A stretch of 47,003 nucleotides of DNA. Source: Octopus sinensis. Its lineage: Eukaryota. The notes beneath the pieces were generated by a model. It was not told where the DNA came from and searched no databases. It worked only from the letters and a program-made list of their open reading frames with translations. Position 1 is the stretch's first letter, and every line of letters starts with the position of its first letter. This document shows, one piece after another, positions 1 to 12,489 of this stretch. The stretch covers positions 1 through 47,003 of the forward strand of contig NW_021832160.1 of the NCBI RefSeq assembly GCF_006345805.1. Reading direction: 5' to 3'. The translations under genes were made by a program, and so were the position numbers.

Positions 1-469
1 TTTGTTGAGATAAGACGATACGGAAGAAGTAGTCGAGCACTCAACACGTCCACTACATTGGGGATGGAGAAAATGGATGAATTAAGGAATTCCTGCATTT
101 GGGATGCCTTGCCCAATTGTCCTTCACCTGCAAAAGCAGATGTATTCAGAGAACTTAAAATTGGAACAAAAACTACAAGGTATCCGGTCCCACTGTCTTA
201 CACCTCCTCTGGTTCATTGCTCCAGTTTGGTAATTATATTATTATCGATCACAAAAGAATGAAATAAAAATTTGGCTGTGGCGAGAACTGAACGCGGTTC
301 GCACAGTAACGGAAAGAAAATCTCAAGACATTTTACCCACCATTCGCACAACCTGACCACTTCACCATCGTATCGTTACGATTTACTCTAAGAAATTCCT
401 GAAGATCTTTAAACCCAATTCGTCTCCTTAATCTAACCAAAATTCCATTAGAAAAATGACAGTAATTTA

Positions 470-780
470 TTTAAATTTCGATCAATGGACCGAATGTTTC
501 CCTATGATCGATCTACAACGGCTTCCATCTGAGAGTTCCTGAAAAATTTCCATGAGCTAAAGATGCTAGTCTATCATAAAGCAGGATTAAAATTCTAGCG
601 AAGGGTTTTCTTCAACGGCAATAAAAGATCTTCAAAGACAGTCACTTCTATTGTAATTCTCCGTCCGAAATAAAATCCACGACATATTCACCATTCTGTA
701 GAATATTTTTAGAATCTAGAGAGAATTCTTTCGCTGCTTAGATATCAGCATTCACTGCTTCACCATTTATCTTAGAGAGT
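470..780 (-). mobile_element. Degraded pogo/Tigger-like transposase fragment
   Basis: Hand translation with stops gives GEAVNADI*AAKEF..NILQNGEY and YDRLASLAHGNFSGTLRWKPL*IDHRETF, resembling Tigger GEAASAD..AA..F and KDRLTLLLGGNASG..KxKPL. Confidence 0.55.
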
Positions 781-1041
781 GGCTCTCAAAGACAGAAAAG
801 CCAGTTCTTTACTACGTGGAAATGTTTCGTCTCACACACCATTCACCTTTATTTCATGTAGATGTCTGTCTGTCTGTCATCTTCTCTATCTGTCTGTCTG
901 TGTGTCATCTTATCTGTCTGTCTGTCTTGCTATCTATGTATGTGTGTGTGTGCATATGTGTGTGCATGTGTGTGTGTGTTGTGTGTGTATGTGTGTGGGG
1001 TGTGCACATATAGGGAACAAGAAAAAACGTGAGAGATTATG

Positions 1042-1110
<69 letters not shown>

Positions 1111-1431
1111 AAGATGGAGTGAGTGAGAGAGTGAGGCTAGAAAGAGAAAGAGAGAGAGAGAGAGAGAGAGTGTGATGCAATTAATGGGAAAATGGAAAGA
1201 AAATTCAGATATTTCCAGCCTAAAATTAGATTTAAAAATAAAAAAAATAAATGGGTGTCAATGAGTAAAACCGGGTGGAACTGGTTTAAACTGGTTGAAG
1301 AATCGGTTTTGGGAGGAAATAAATTAGGTGAAAATTGCAAATAAAATATCCGATAAATTTATCTGCTTTTCCTCCTCTCTTTCACTCACTTTCTCTTTCT
1401 CTCTAACTCTCACTCTTCTTTCCTCTTTCCT

Positions 1432-1469
<38 letters not shown>

Positions 1470-2271
1470 CCTGTCTGTCTTCTCTCTCTCTCTCTCTCTC
1501 TCTCTTATTGTTTCATTCCTCATCTATTCCAAACTATCTCAGTTATTCTCTACATATCTATGGTCGTGCATCTATATATATAAATATGTGTGTGTGTATA
1601 TGTGTATATATATATGATAGGTATGTGTGCATATATACAACCATGTATGCATGTATGTATGTATGTATGCATGCATATAACATGCATGTATGTGTGAATG
1701 TATATACAAGCACGATTACTATTGGCTAATTTTTTTTTCTTTAGAACTAAAAGAAGTCTTGAGGGAATTATATCTTTTTTTCTCTCACTTAAAGTAAATT
1801 AATTAAAGAAGCTACAACATTTTTTTTTCAGCAATTAATGTTTAATTTAATTCTAACAACGACATCGAATCTCTCCTCGTTTTGCGGACAGACAGACTCA
1901 ACATTTGATCTGATCCTAATGGCACCTTTATTCCACAGAATCTACTCGCTGTATCATATTTCGCGCTACTTCGCTCGTCTAATTTCATGATTGCCTATAC
2001 CAATCCCGGGCCATCTGCGGCCCGCCGGACTCTCTGGTACACTTACTTTGAATTTACCTTGAATTTTTTACTAATGCGACCCTCCTGATGATGAGTTATG
2101 TCTCATGCAACCCGCTTCTCGACAAAGGCTGCTCATGCTTGGCCTAGACAATTGCTAAACTATCGGAAGGATTTTTTAAGGGAAAAAGAGCAGCGCGCAC
2201 ATCAGTTCCCAGCCCTCAATCTCACATAATCTACTCACAATGGCAAGAAAAGACAACAGAGCTTTTATGAG

Positions 2272-2831
2272 AATGCCATGATGCAGTTCCAGGCAGTGGC
2301 TCTCATGGCTTCTGATCTTAACTGATTGGAAGTGTTATCATGTACATTGTTTTGTCTTGGTATAAAAGATGGGCTACAGCAAATATTCTGCTCAATACCA
2401 CAGATTTGCTTGTCAGTTGTTTGACCTTAACCAGTTGAGCATGTCCCTTGGTGGCTGACGATATGTGCATCTCTGATCACAAGCAGAAGTAGTGGGGGAG
2501 CAACATAGCCATGTGTTGAGAGGGATTCTTTGGGGTTTGGATAATTCAGCTTTGGAAACATGGGAGGTTCGTTCAACGTCCTTAAACAGCCCTTATTCAG
2601 GGACCTTTTGAGTGAGGTGGGCTACTCAACCAGAAGAAAATTCTAACTGGGCCCCACCTGCAAGGTCATGCGCTGTTTATCTTGATATGAGATCACCATG
2701 TCGCGCACATATGGTTGTGATGCATGTGCCTAGTGTACCCTTATGAGACGGGTAGTCATGATGGGTATATTGGACTTCGTATATTTTACCCCAGTGTCAC
2801 TTTGATGGCATGCACTGCTCTCTCACTCAAT
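2272..2831 (+). mobile_element. About 560-bp interspersed repeat with (TAA/CAA)n tail, copy 1
   Basis: Highly similar to the reverse complement of 38762-39316 over its whole length; followed by (TAA)n/(CAA)n. Confidence 0.85.
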
Positions 2832-4369
2832 ATAATAATAATAATAATAACAACAACAACAATAATAATAATAATAATAATAACAACAACAACAACAACA
2901 ATAATAACATGATGATGATGATGATAATGATGAGGAAAATGTTATAATTGTAGTTATTATTGTTTTATTGTTACATTTATTAATATTATAATTATTATTA
3001 TTGTTGTTGTTGTTATTGTTATTGTGTGGTGATGAACGCAGTCATTTTTCTTAATTTGTAAGTCAATACGCTAATTATTCGGAGATGTAATCTATTTGGC
3101 GATGTCACCACGCTGTTACCGCGCACGCGCATCCCCTTTTACATGTACATGCATACATATATATGTGTGTGTGTGTATATATATATGCATATGTGCGTGT
3201 GTTTACCGATATTTATTAGTGTATGCATGTGTGTATGAGTACAGATATGTATGCACATGTGTGTGCCTTAATGCATATACATTCGTTCATATGCAGCTCA
3301 TCGCACACTCACCCCCAACACACACGCACGCACACACACACGCGCACGCACATACACACACACACACACGCACGTACATTGACACACATACACACACACA
3401 TGCACGCACGCACACATGTATAGACTTCAACACAGAACATGCATACACATGTATATATACAAACACATGCATATATACATATCCATACACATTCAGCCAT
3501 GCACATATACATGTATATATACATACATTCGGTCGTGGAATGATATGTAGCTAATTACACGCACGTACACATATATGGACTTCTTCCGGCAACACATATA
3601 CACATACGGACACACACACACACAAGCACAAACACATATACATATATATATGTATGTATACACAATCACACATATATAAATAGAGACAACTTGCTCCCCA
3701 CTCCCTGCCGCCCCCGCAGAAATTTTTACTGAACGAAATAACACACCACACACACACACACGCACACACACACACGCACACACACACATACGCACAAACA
3801 CACACACAAAGGCACACACACACACCACGCACAAACACACACAAACATACACACACACTCACAAACACACACACACGCACAAACACACAAACACACACAC
3901 ACAAACACACACAGACAAAGGCACACACACACACGCATAAACACACACACACACTCACACACACACACAAACACATCCCCAAAGACACACACACGGGGGA
4001 ATACTTAGCAATTAACGAATCGTTAGATTAAGGAAGGGCTAATTAAGAAGGTGTTGTGATTAAAATGACAGGTGACAATTGACAAACTGTTGCAGAAGTC
4101 GAAGGTACAAAAGGTGAACTGCCTTACAAGAACAACGACAACAACATCCCTACAATAACAATAGCTAAGCTGTAGAGAAACACCACCGCAATCACCCGTA
4201 CCCCTACCACTGAACACCCCACCAAGCCATTATATCAGCCAGGCACACTTTCGAAAATGTTATCTGATATTGGTGAAACGTAAGATGAACGTATTACGCT
4301 GTTGTCCTCGTCAGCAGAGCTCGTTAATCAGTGCTAAAGACTTCTGCCGATTTGGTCGTCGGCTTCGAA

Positions 4370-4554
4370 TATAAAAAAACCCAGACTGATTCGGGTCCAT
4401 CAAGTTTGTTCTCACAACAAGCGGAAACTGGTCGATCGTTGTGATTTTAGCTCACAGACAGCGTTCCTGATTCCTGCAACTATTTTTGGTGATTTTCATC
4501 AATCAAAGAATATCTCTCTCTCTCTCTCGAAAAAGTACCAACCAACCAACAACA
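4370..4554 (+). promoter_or_regulatory. Candidate TATA box, Inr and non-coding first exon of the EF-hand gene
   Basis: TATAAAA at 4370-4376, Inr-like TCAAGTT at 4400 (30 nt later), and a consensus donor CA|GTAAGT at 4555. The acceptor just before the ATG at 6052 implies an upstream UTR exon. Inference only. Confidence 0.4.
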
Positions 4555-4741
4555 GTAAGTTATTGTCCGTTTCTTGGAATTTGGTTATATATATATATAA
4601 ATATATATACATATATATACACATAACTACGTATGTATACACACACACACACACACACACACACCACCACATATATATATATATAATATATTATATTATA
4701 TATATATATATATATATACATATATACATAACTACGTATGT

Positions 4742-4781
<40 letters not shown>

Positions 4782-4793
4782 TTATTATATATC

Positions 4794-4824
<31 letters not shown>

Positions 4825-5097
4825 TATATTCTTTCCTTTGACAGACCACAAAAGCCCGTATACGTACAATGCGTTTTCGTTCTTTCACTCATACACACTG
4901 ACACTTACCACACATACACACACGCACACACACTTACACATACTGATGCTCACATATACATAGACGAATAAAAACATCGGAATAATTCTTCTCCATCGAG
5001 TCTGCATTTGCCGTCATCCGCCAGCGAGAAACTTTATGAATGCAGTCAACTTCAGTAAGATACATACATACATACATACATACATACATACATACCA

Positions 5098-5129
<32 letters not shown>

Positions 5130-5152
5130 CATATATATATCTATATATATAT

Positions 5153-5187
<35 letters not shown>

Positions 5188-5241
5188 GTATATAATATAT
5201 GCAATATTATATATTATATATATATATATATATAATATATA

Positions 5242-5274
<33 letters not shown>

Positions 5275-5335
5275 CATACATACATACATATTTGCATACT
5301 ACACATATACATATATATATACTAATATATATATA

Positions 5336-5566
5336 CAATTGCAGCGCGTGGAAGGTGTTTGTAAGCCATTTAGAACACACAAAAGCCGTTCGATTCACTT
5401 CAACATTTAAGTTTAATTTGTCAAAATATTTTCGTCGCTTTAAGACCGCGACCTGTTTACTGACAAAAATCCGTGCTGAGATGCAGCACCTTCCACGCTG
5501 CAATGTTTTCGTTTCAGCACACGATCTCAGATCAAATCACTTGCTATGCAAGTACATCTCCGTAAT
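5336..5566 (+). mobile_element. Non-autonomous element with 18-bp inverted repeats and a 3' hairpin tail
   Basis: ATTGCAGC(GC)GTGGAAGGTG at 5338 and CACCTTCCACGCTGCAAT at 5487-5504; hairpin ACTTGC-TAT-GCAAGT at 5539-5553; homologous to 17554-17714. Confidence 0.7.
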
Positions 5567-5633
5567 ATATATATATATTATATATATATATATCGTATGG
5601 CGTAGATATATATATATATATATATATGCGTAG

Positions 5634-5689
<56 letters not shown>

Positions 5690-6051
5690 TATATATATTA
5701 TAATATATATGTATATATATATAATTACATATATATGTACATATATATATACGTATAATAATGTATAGATATATACTTATATATGCACATATTTATGTAT
5801 ACATACATACATATATATATATGTATGTATAAATATATACATACCTATATATGTCCATATACATACGTACATATATGTGTGCATGTGTGTGTACGTGTGT
5901 GTGTGTGTGTGTGTACATGTGTATCTAGATACACCTTACATTTATATCCAATTTCTGTACAATATGTCCGTCCATGCTAGAAATCCACACAGTCACGTGA
6001 CTTCAGTTATGCAATCACTATTTAGCGAAATGTTTTCTTTTTCCTCCAGAA

Positions 6052-6180
6052 ATGCCTAAATTCTTTCTGTTTACGTTGGCCCTTGTCTGCACCCTGTCAC
6101 TCGCGTGGATTGAAACTGAAGCTATGTCTGTTGGACTTCGCAAACGTTTGAACGTTATAAAGAATGTGCATGATCATCTG
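6052..6180 (+). CDS. Secreted two-EF-hand acidic protein, coding exon 1 (signal peptide, MPKFFLFTLALVCTLSLAWIETEAMSVGLRKRLNVIKNVHDHL)
   Basis: Pyrimidine tract plus AG at 6048-6049, ATG at 6052, 43 open codons with a hydrophobic N-terminal stretch ending in an AxxxxxA-type region, then GTAAGT donor at 6181 (phase 0). Missed by the ORF track. Confidence 0.85.
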
Positions 6181-6852
6181 GTAAGTTAATACATCTATTA
6201 TTAGTATTTTGTACATTAGGAAAATCGTTGGGGACCGCAGACAAAATGCCTTGAGATTTTTAGTCGTGGCTGTGTACGTTCTGCGTTCGAACTTCGCCTA
6301 GGTTTATTTTCTTTTCATTCGCCCGGGGTCGATAAATAACGTACCAGTAAAGTATTGAAGTTTATTTTATCGATGTTTCCCTCCGCCCTAATGTCTGGTA
6401 TTTTCTTATGCAAAGCCAGACGGATTAGCAGAAACGTTAGAGAATGGTGAAGTTCAAATGAAAAATTTTTGGGAGCGAAATTAAAATGAAAAACTAATCA
6501 AGAACTGGAGTCAATTACATCGACAAGCCCCTCCTCTCAAAATCTCTGTCCATGAGGGCTCAGTCTTTAGAGTATCGGACAAAATGCTTCGCGATATTTG
6601 TTCCGGGTCTTTATGTTCTAAGTTCAAATTCTGCTGAGACTAAATTTACCTCTTATCCTTCTTAAATCACGCCGGGGTCGACGTAATCAATCATTCTCAT
6701 CTCTACATTTCAGACCTTGTACCAAATTTACAGCCCTTAAGTGTATATATTGTCTTAGGTGTATATATTCTTTTCTACTCTAGGCACAAGGCCCGAAATT
6801 TTGGGGGAGGGGACCAGTCGTTTTGATCGACCCAAGTATGCAACTGGTACTT

Positions 6853-7483
6853 TGGTGGATGGGGCATCGTTTCCCATTCAAACTACTCTAGCTTTTGGAA
6901 TATCATCCTCGCTGTATGTGGCCGAGCATTATCCTGATGTAAGAACACCTTTCGTCTTGAAATCAAAGATGATCGTTTTTCTTCTAGCGCAGGTGTCGAT
7001 GAATGGTTGAATGGCCAAATCCAAGCTTCTCTGCTGATTCCTCAACAGTTACGATGGGATTTTGTTCCACCAGGGTTTGCAGGATGTCCTCGTCAAGATC
7101 TACAGATCTTCCAGGACGAGGCTGGTCTTCTAGGCTGTAGTTTCCGGCTCGGAATTTCTGGAACCACCGTTGAGACTGGCTTAGTGTCCAATCCCCATAT
7201 ACTGCATTAATATTCCTCACACTTTCTCTTGCACTGTTACCTTTATTGAAATCATAAAGCAAAATACATCCAATATACCCCTGTGTCACTTCCATTATAA
7301 CTTTGAAAAAATAACTGTTAGAATCGAACTGCACTCTTCAAAACTTGCACCACGAATAAGGACAAGGTAAAATTACTACCAGCTCTTATAACAAGTTGAT
7401 TCAGGTAGTTTATCTCCTCCCACTCCGACTTTTAGTTAGTTCATGCAAATGAAAAAAACGCTTTATTTATGGGATGACCCAAT
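6853..7483 (-). mobile_element. Internally deleted, 3'-truncated mariner (DD34D-type) transposon
   Basis: Mariner HTH region (ILLYDFNKGNSARESVRNINAVYG..QRWFQKFRAGNYSLEDQPRPGR) joined directly to HQDNARPHTA..WETMPHPP; TIR-like end TTGGGTCATCCCATAAATAAAG next to TA at about 7483. Confidence 0.9.
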
Positions 7484-7509
7484 ATATATATATATATACA
7501 CATAAGCAC

Positions 7510-7550
<41 letters not shown>

Positions 7551-8464
7551 TGTTATGAATATATATGTCTGTGTTCACCAAATATTGTTTATACTGTGTA
7601 GTAGATATTAAGATATGTAGATGATATATAATATTATGTAGATTATTTGTTAAAGTTTCGTGATGTGTTGCACACACGGAAATGACACACAGACATTTCC
7701 AGTAACATCTTAAAACTAAGTCGTCTTCTTATCTCCATTACCAATCTCCGTTCTGGTTTTGTCTCGTGTTGTTGGATTTGGAAGGAACATCTTTCGTAAT
7801 ATGACGTGACGTGCCAGCGTCTAGATCAAATAAAGTCGCAGATAAATTCTATATTGGCAGAATGTTTCCGTTTACCAAACCTGACACGACACTGAATTAT
7901 TTAGACAAGGGAGCGACGCCCTCTTCGTCTCCATCTTCGTATTTACTTTAGCTCAAATTTCATGGGATTTAGAATTCTGTAAACTTTTGTCGCTAAAGAA
8001 CCGTATTTCTTGTTTTGCTTTCTCGAAAGGTGTAAAGGTGAGATGGCCTAGCGGACACTATATTACAATTACCAATTCACAGATTGTAGGTTCAAACATT
8101 CTCTTGGCTTTTCGGTATTGATACTGTTGTTATTTAAACTTAGGCCCCAAATCTGACCTCATTTCGGTGTACTTTTTACCAAAAACAACAAATACTTCCA
8201 TTTTTTCATTTTTTTACGATAATAGACTTTATTTCAGGAAGATTTGTTTGCTGTTTCTAACAGACGAAAACACCACTTGGGGGCTCACTCCTTTGTTGGT
8301 TTCAGGGATTTAGAATTAAGATTCTCTCTCATGTTCGTCTTTGTATCTCTGAGCACATCATTGTGTTCTACACGGATATGTAATATGTATATACGTACAT
8401 CTATGAACATACATATATGCAATTTGTAACATATGCATATAAGCGTAGGCGTGGTTATGTGGGT

Positions 8465-8925
8465 AGGCGAAGGAGTGGATGTTTACTAAGAAGCTTGATT
8501 CCCAACCACATGGCTCCGGGTTCAGTTCCACCGCGTGCCGCCATAGGCAAGTGTCGTCTACAATAGCCTCTGACCAACCAAATCCTTGTGAGTGGATTTG
8601 GTAGACGGAAACTGGAAGAAGCCCGTCCTACATACATACATACATAAGTACGTACAAACATACATACATACATACATTCATACATACACATATGAGTGCA
8701 TGTGCGTGTATGTGTATGTTTGTGTGTGTGTTGGTTTGTCCCCTACCACCGTTTGACAACTGATATTGGTGAGCTTACGACCCCGAAACTCAGCGGTTCG
8801 ACAGACGGGACCGATAGAGTAAGTAGCAGGCTTATAAAGGGACTGAGGGCAGTTGATTCGACTAAAATTCTTCAAGGCTGTACTCCAGCATGGCCACAGT
8901 CTAATGACTAAAACAAATAAGCGAT
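8465..8925 (+). mobile_element. tRNA-headed SINE, family A
   Basis: A/B-box-like head (GGCTTCCGGGTTCAGTTCCA-type), internal microsatellite and conserved tail shared with 13645, 26688, 34274, 37640 and 46927. Confidence 0.8.
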
Positions 8926-8953
8926 AAAAAATAAACGACATATAAGTATATAA

Positions 8954-9001
<48 letters not shown>

Positions 9002-9198
9002 TGTGTATATATATTGAGTCGCCATGATAGATCTGTAGCCACTACACACATTTTTTTCTCTCCTTGTTTCTCTCCTTGTTTTTTCCGTGTTCCTTTCTGT
9101 AGAAGAGCGTAGGCTCGAAACATAAAAGACTTTTTCTATTCCTGAGCGTTATACTTATACACCTGTCTTCGTCTTTCGTTTTTTTTTCGTAAACTCTC

Positions 9199-9232
<34 letters not shown>

Positions 9233-9270
9233 ATATATATATATACGGCATATTATATTCCCATTTGCAG

Positions 9271-9553
9271 CAAGCATCTCGTAGTGTAAGAGAGGCGAGA
9301 AGAGAAGAAGAAGAAGAAGATGGAGAAGAGGATGAAGGAGAATACGAAGAAGAAGCTGAAATGATGTGGGGTTCAAGAGAAGATGCTGAGATGTTTCTCA
9401 GCATCTTTGACCTCAACAGAGATGGCAAACTGAGCAGAGACGAACTGTGGGGATTCTTCGAGGCATTATCCTACACCGACAAAGAAATTAACCAAATATT
9501 GGAGAAATTCTCTGCCATTGACACAAATTCAGACTCCTTCTTCTCTGTTGATG
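9271..9553 (+). CDS. Secreted two-EF-hand acidic protein, coding exon 2 (Glu/Asp tract, EF-hand loop DLNRDGKLSRDE, most of loop DTNSDSFFSVD)
   Basis: tttgcag acceptor at 9269-9270 in phase 0, matching exon 1; canonical EF-hand loop (D1,N3,D5,G6,S9,E12); GTGAG donor at 9554 (phase 1). Confidence 0.92.
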
Positions 9554-9681
9554 GTGAGTTTATCATTCACAATAGCATCCTTGCTGAATTGCTTTATTGC
9601 TTAATTGCTACATTGTAGTGTTGCCTCGTTTTATAATTGTTACATTGTCTAATAATTGCTATGTTGCGTATTGTGTACTGT

Positions 9682-9830
9682 GAAGGTGCGTGGCTTAGTG
9701 GTTAGGGTGTTGCACTCAAAATCGCAAGGTCCTGAGTTCGATTCCCGGACCGATCGACGCGTTGTGTTCTTGAGTAAAACACTTCATTCCACGTTATTCC
9801 AGTCTACTGGGCTGTGAATGGGTCACCCTG
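9682..9830 (+). mobile_element. tRNA-headed SINE head (family B-like)
   Basis: GGTGCGTGGCTTAGTGGTTAGGGTG A-box and GAGTTCGATTCCCGG B-box followed by SINE body. Confidence 0.7.
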
Positions 9831-10794
9831 TCACGGTATTGTCTTCCGATCGGCGGGAAAGTGTTGGTCCGCTAACTTTGCCAGCTGAGTGGCATCATTG
9901 GAAATCTAGAAAAAAAAAAGAAAAAGAAAAAAGAAGATGCAAAGCGCATTGTGACCAGCGATATGCAACAACATCCGATAGTCTTGTCGATCACGTGGTC
10001 ACGTGATATTGTATCCTGGCCGTAATGTATATTTGCTATATTGTATAACAGCAACATTGTGTAATTACATTTTTAATTGTTCACAGTTTACTAATTACTC
10101 ATTACTAATTACTACACATTGTATTAATAGCTACATTGTATTGGGTTGTCTGGAAAGTTCGTGCCGGTTTATACAAGCTTACCTTTCGACTTATTTTAGA
10201 ACATGGTTCAGTCCATAAAATAGGATTTGACTACACCTCCATTTAAAGCACAGTTTAAGCTATCTTTTCGTGGAAAAAGGTTTATATTCCTATATCCTAT
10301 GTTAATTCTGTAACCCTTTAAAACGGAAGATAAGAAAGTTCATTTTCGGCACTTGATGCTTAGGGAACAAAACAAAAATTGTGTATAATAGGTTAAAGAG
10401 TAAATGTGCCTATTGTCAAATGTGCCTATTGTATAATGTAGACTAGAGTCAATAAATAATAAACAATGAACAATTGGTGGTGTACAATAGGCCCAGTTTA
10501 CAATGGGTAGTGTTTAACAATAGGACAAATGTAATTATTGTACCTTGGGCAACAGAACCGGTTTACAATAAACCCAGAGTACAATAAGGTCTTGAAGAGA
10601 CGAGCTACGATGTACAATAAGATCTAGTTTCCAGCAGGTGATGCTTACAATAAGTCAATAGACACAACGGAAAATAAAACCCCATCTAGAGTATGATGAA
10701 AATAGATAATTAGATCTTGATTAAATTATCAATTATTCTGTGCAAATGTCAACTAATGTCGTTTATATTCTTATTTTTTTGTATTTTTTTTCAG

Positions 10795-10829
10795 AGCTAA
10801 TGATGGCAATGCAACTGTCGCTGCTGTAA
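10795..10829 (+). CDS. Secreted two-EF-hand acidic protein, terminal coding exon (E-LMMAMQLSLL-stop)
   Basis: Long T tract plus cag acceptor at 10793-10794. The phase-1 join G|AG gives the Glu at position 12 of EF-loop 2, followed by a helix-like LMMAMQLSLL and TAA at 10827-10829. Confidence 0.85.
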
Positions 10830-10983
10830 GGTTCACAGAAAGGACCAATTTATGGAATTGGTATCGAATAGGTTGTCGAACTTAAGAAAAGTAAACTATA
10901 TAATATCTATATGATATCTAATATGATATCTATAAGATGTCAATATTTGTTCAATATTTTCAATATATCTTATGTAGAAATTC

Positions 10984-10989
10984 AATAAA
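10984..10989 (+). terminator. Candidate polyadenylation signal AATAAA of the EF-hand gene
   Basis: First AATAAA about 155 nt after the stop, before the microsatellite block starting near 11080. Confidence 0.45.
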
Positions 10990-11565
10990 AACAATACCAA
11001 AACTGTAATAGTTTTTCGCTTCGTCATTCTTATCTTTATACGTATCGCAGTGATCATGTGAATGATTGTGTATATATATGCATGTATGTATATATATATA
11101 TATCTATGTGTGTGTTTATGTATCGATGTGTGTGTGTGTGTGTGTGTGTGTGTGGTGTGTTTGTGTGTGTGTGTGTGTGATACGTGTGTGGACACAAACA
11201 CACAGACATCGACGTGCATTTTACGTTCATGCGTAATTGTCTATTACAGATGTCAAATCTTTGCGGTCGGCTCTTCAGTTTTTGCTCCGGAACATTTGAC
11301 ATAATAAGCGTGTTTAGCCACACTCTATCGATCACGTTGGGTTCTGTATCAGTTGATGTTCGAGCGATGTGAAATCTATATTTTAAATACACTTTGCAGC
11401 TTTATCATTACAACATACACACACATATACACACACATACACACACACGCACGCACATGTATATATATATGTATATATGTATATATATGTGTATATATAT
11501 ATGTATGTATATATAAGCGTATGTGTGTGTAAGTATATGTATGTGTGTACATGATGTAATATGCA

Positions 11566-11605
<40 letters not shown>

Positions 11606-11657
11606 CACATATGTATATATATACACATGCACATATAAATAATATATATATGATGCA

Positions 11658-11688
<31 letters not shown>

Positions 11689-12489
11689 TGTATGTATGTA
11701 GGTGTATATATATATTTATGTATGTATATATGTGTGTATATGTATATGTATTTATATTTCTTATTTTATTTCTTTATTTGTTTATTTTATTTCCTAATGG
11801 TTTTAACTCTTTTTTTTTGTATCCATTCCCTCTCACCGTTATTCAATATTAATTTCACGTCATTCCCTGTATCTCTTCTCAAAGAACCAAAATGGCAAAG
11901 ATGTCAGCCATTGGACCAAATCCATCCGGAGTCACACATTTTGTACTCTCAGCTTCCGTGAGAAATATATTGAAAATGACGAGCCACCAGTTTATATATT
12001 CGTTGTGTAGCAGACTGTTATTAACAGCTGTCATTTATGTCTTTAAGCAGAGAACTGTCTAAATCCGAAGAACACGTGAAGTGTGTGAGAAGATAAATGT
12101 GTGTCTCCCAGCCGCTTCTTCCCCGACATACACTCAGTGTCTACAACTTGAGTCTTGTCGATGGTTGGCGTTGATAGTTTAATGAAAGTCTGACAGCAAC
12201 CACCAATTACATACAGCTTATCTTTGAAATTACACTCTCGTTGCTTTATTTCATTAACGGACTTGTTTGATAACAGTGATACAGTGATACTAGACACGAT
12301 GCAAAAGTTGATAACGGAAAAGGAAAATATATGGTGTAAAAAAAAAAAAGAAAACTACAAAAAGCTACAGCTCTATTGCTTGTTTATAATTTGTTCTGAG
12401 GAGAAACAAATGTAGAATGACACCAGCGGTAAAAATTTGTTTGAGAGAAATTTTTAACAAGAGACTTGAGGGTAAAAAATACAGGGCCT

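Noticed and set aside
1-300. 69-aa ORF 58-267
   Set aside because: No recognisable motif or gene structure; it lies beside degraded transposon sequence.
9554-9618. ORF-track C-terminus GEFIIHNS..IATL as the main protein end
   Set aside because: It reads through a GTGAG donor; the spliced form restores EF-loop Glu12 and is preferred.
12043-12297. Kelch-like KLYVIGG in an 84-aa - strand ORF
   Set aside because: No downstream kelch Tyr/Trp pattern, no repeats and no supporting exons; probably chance.
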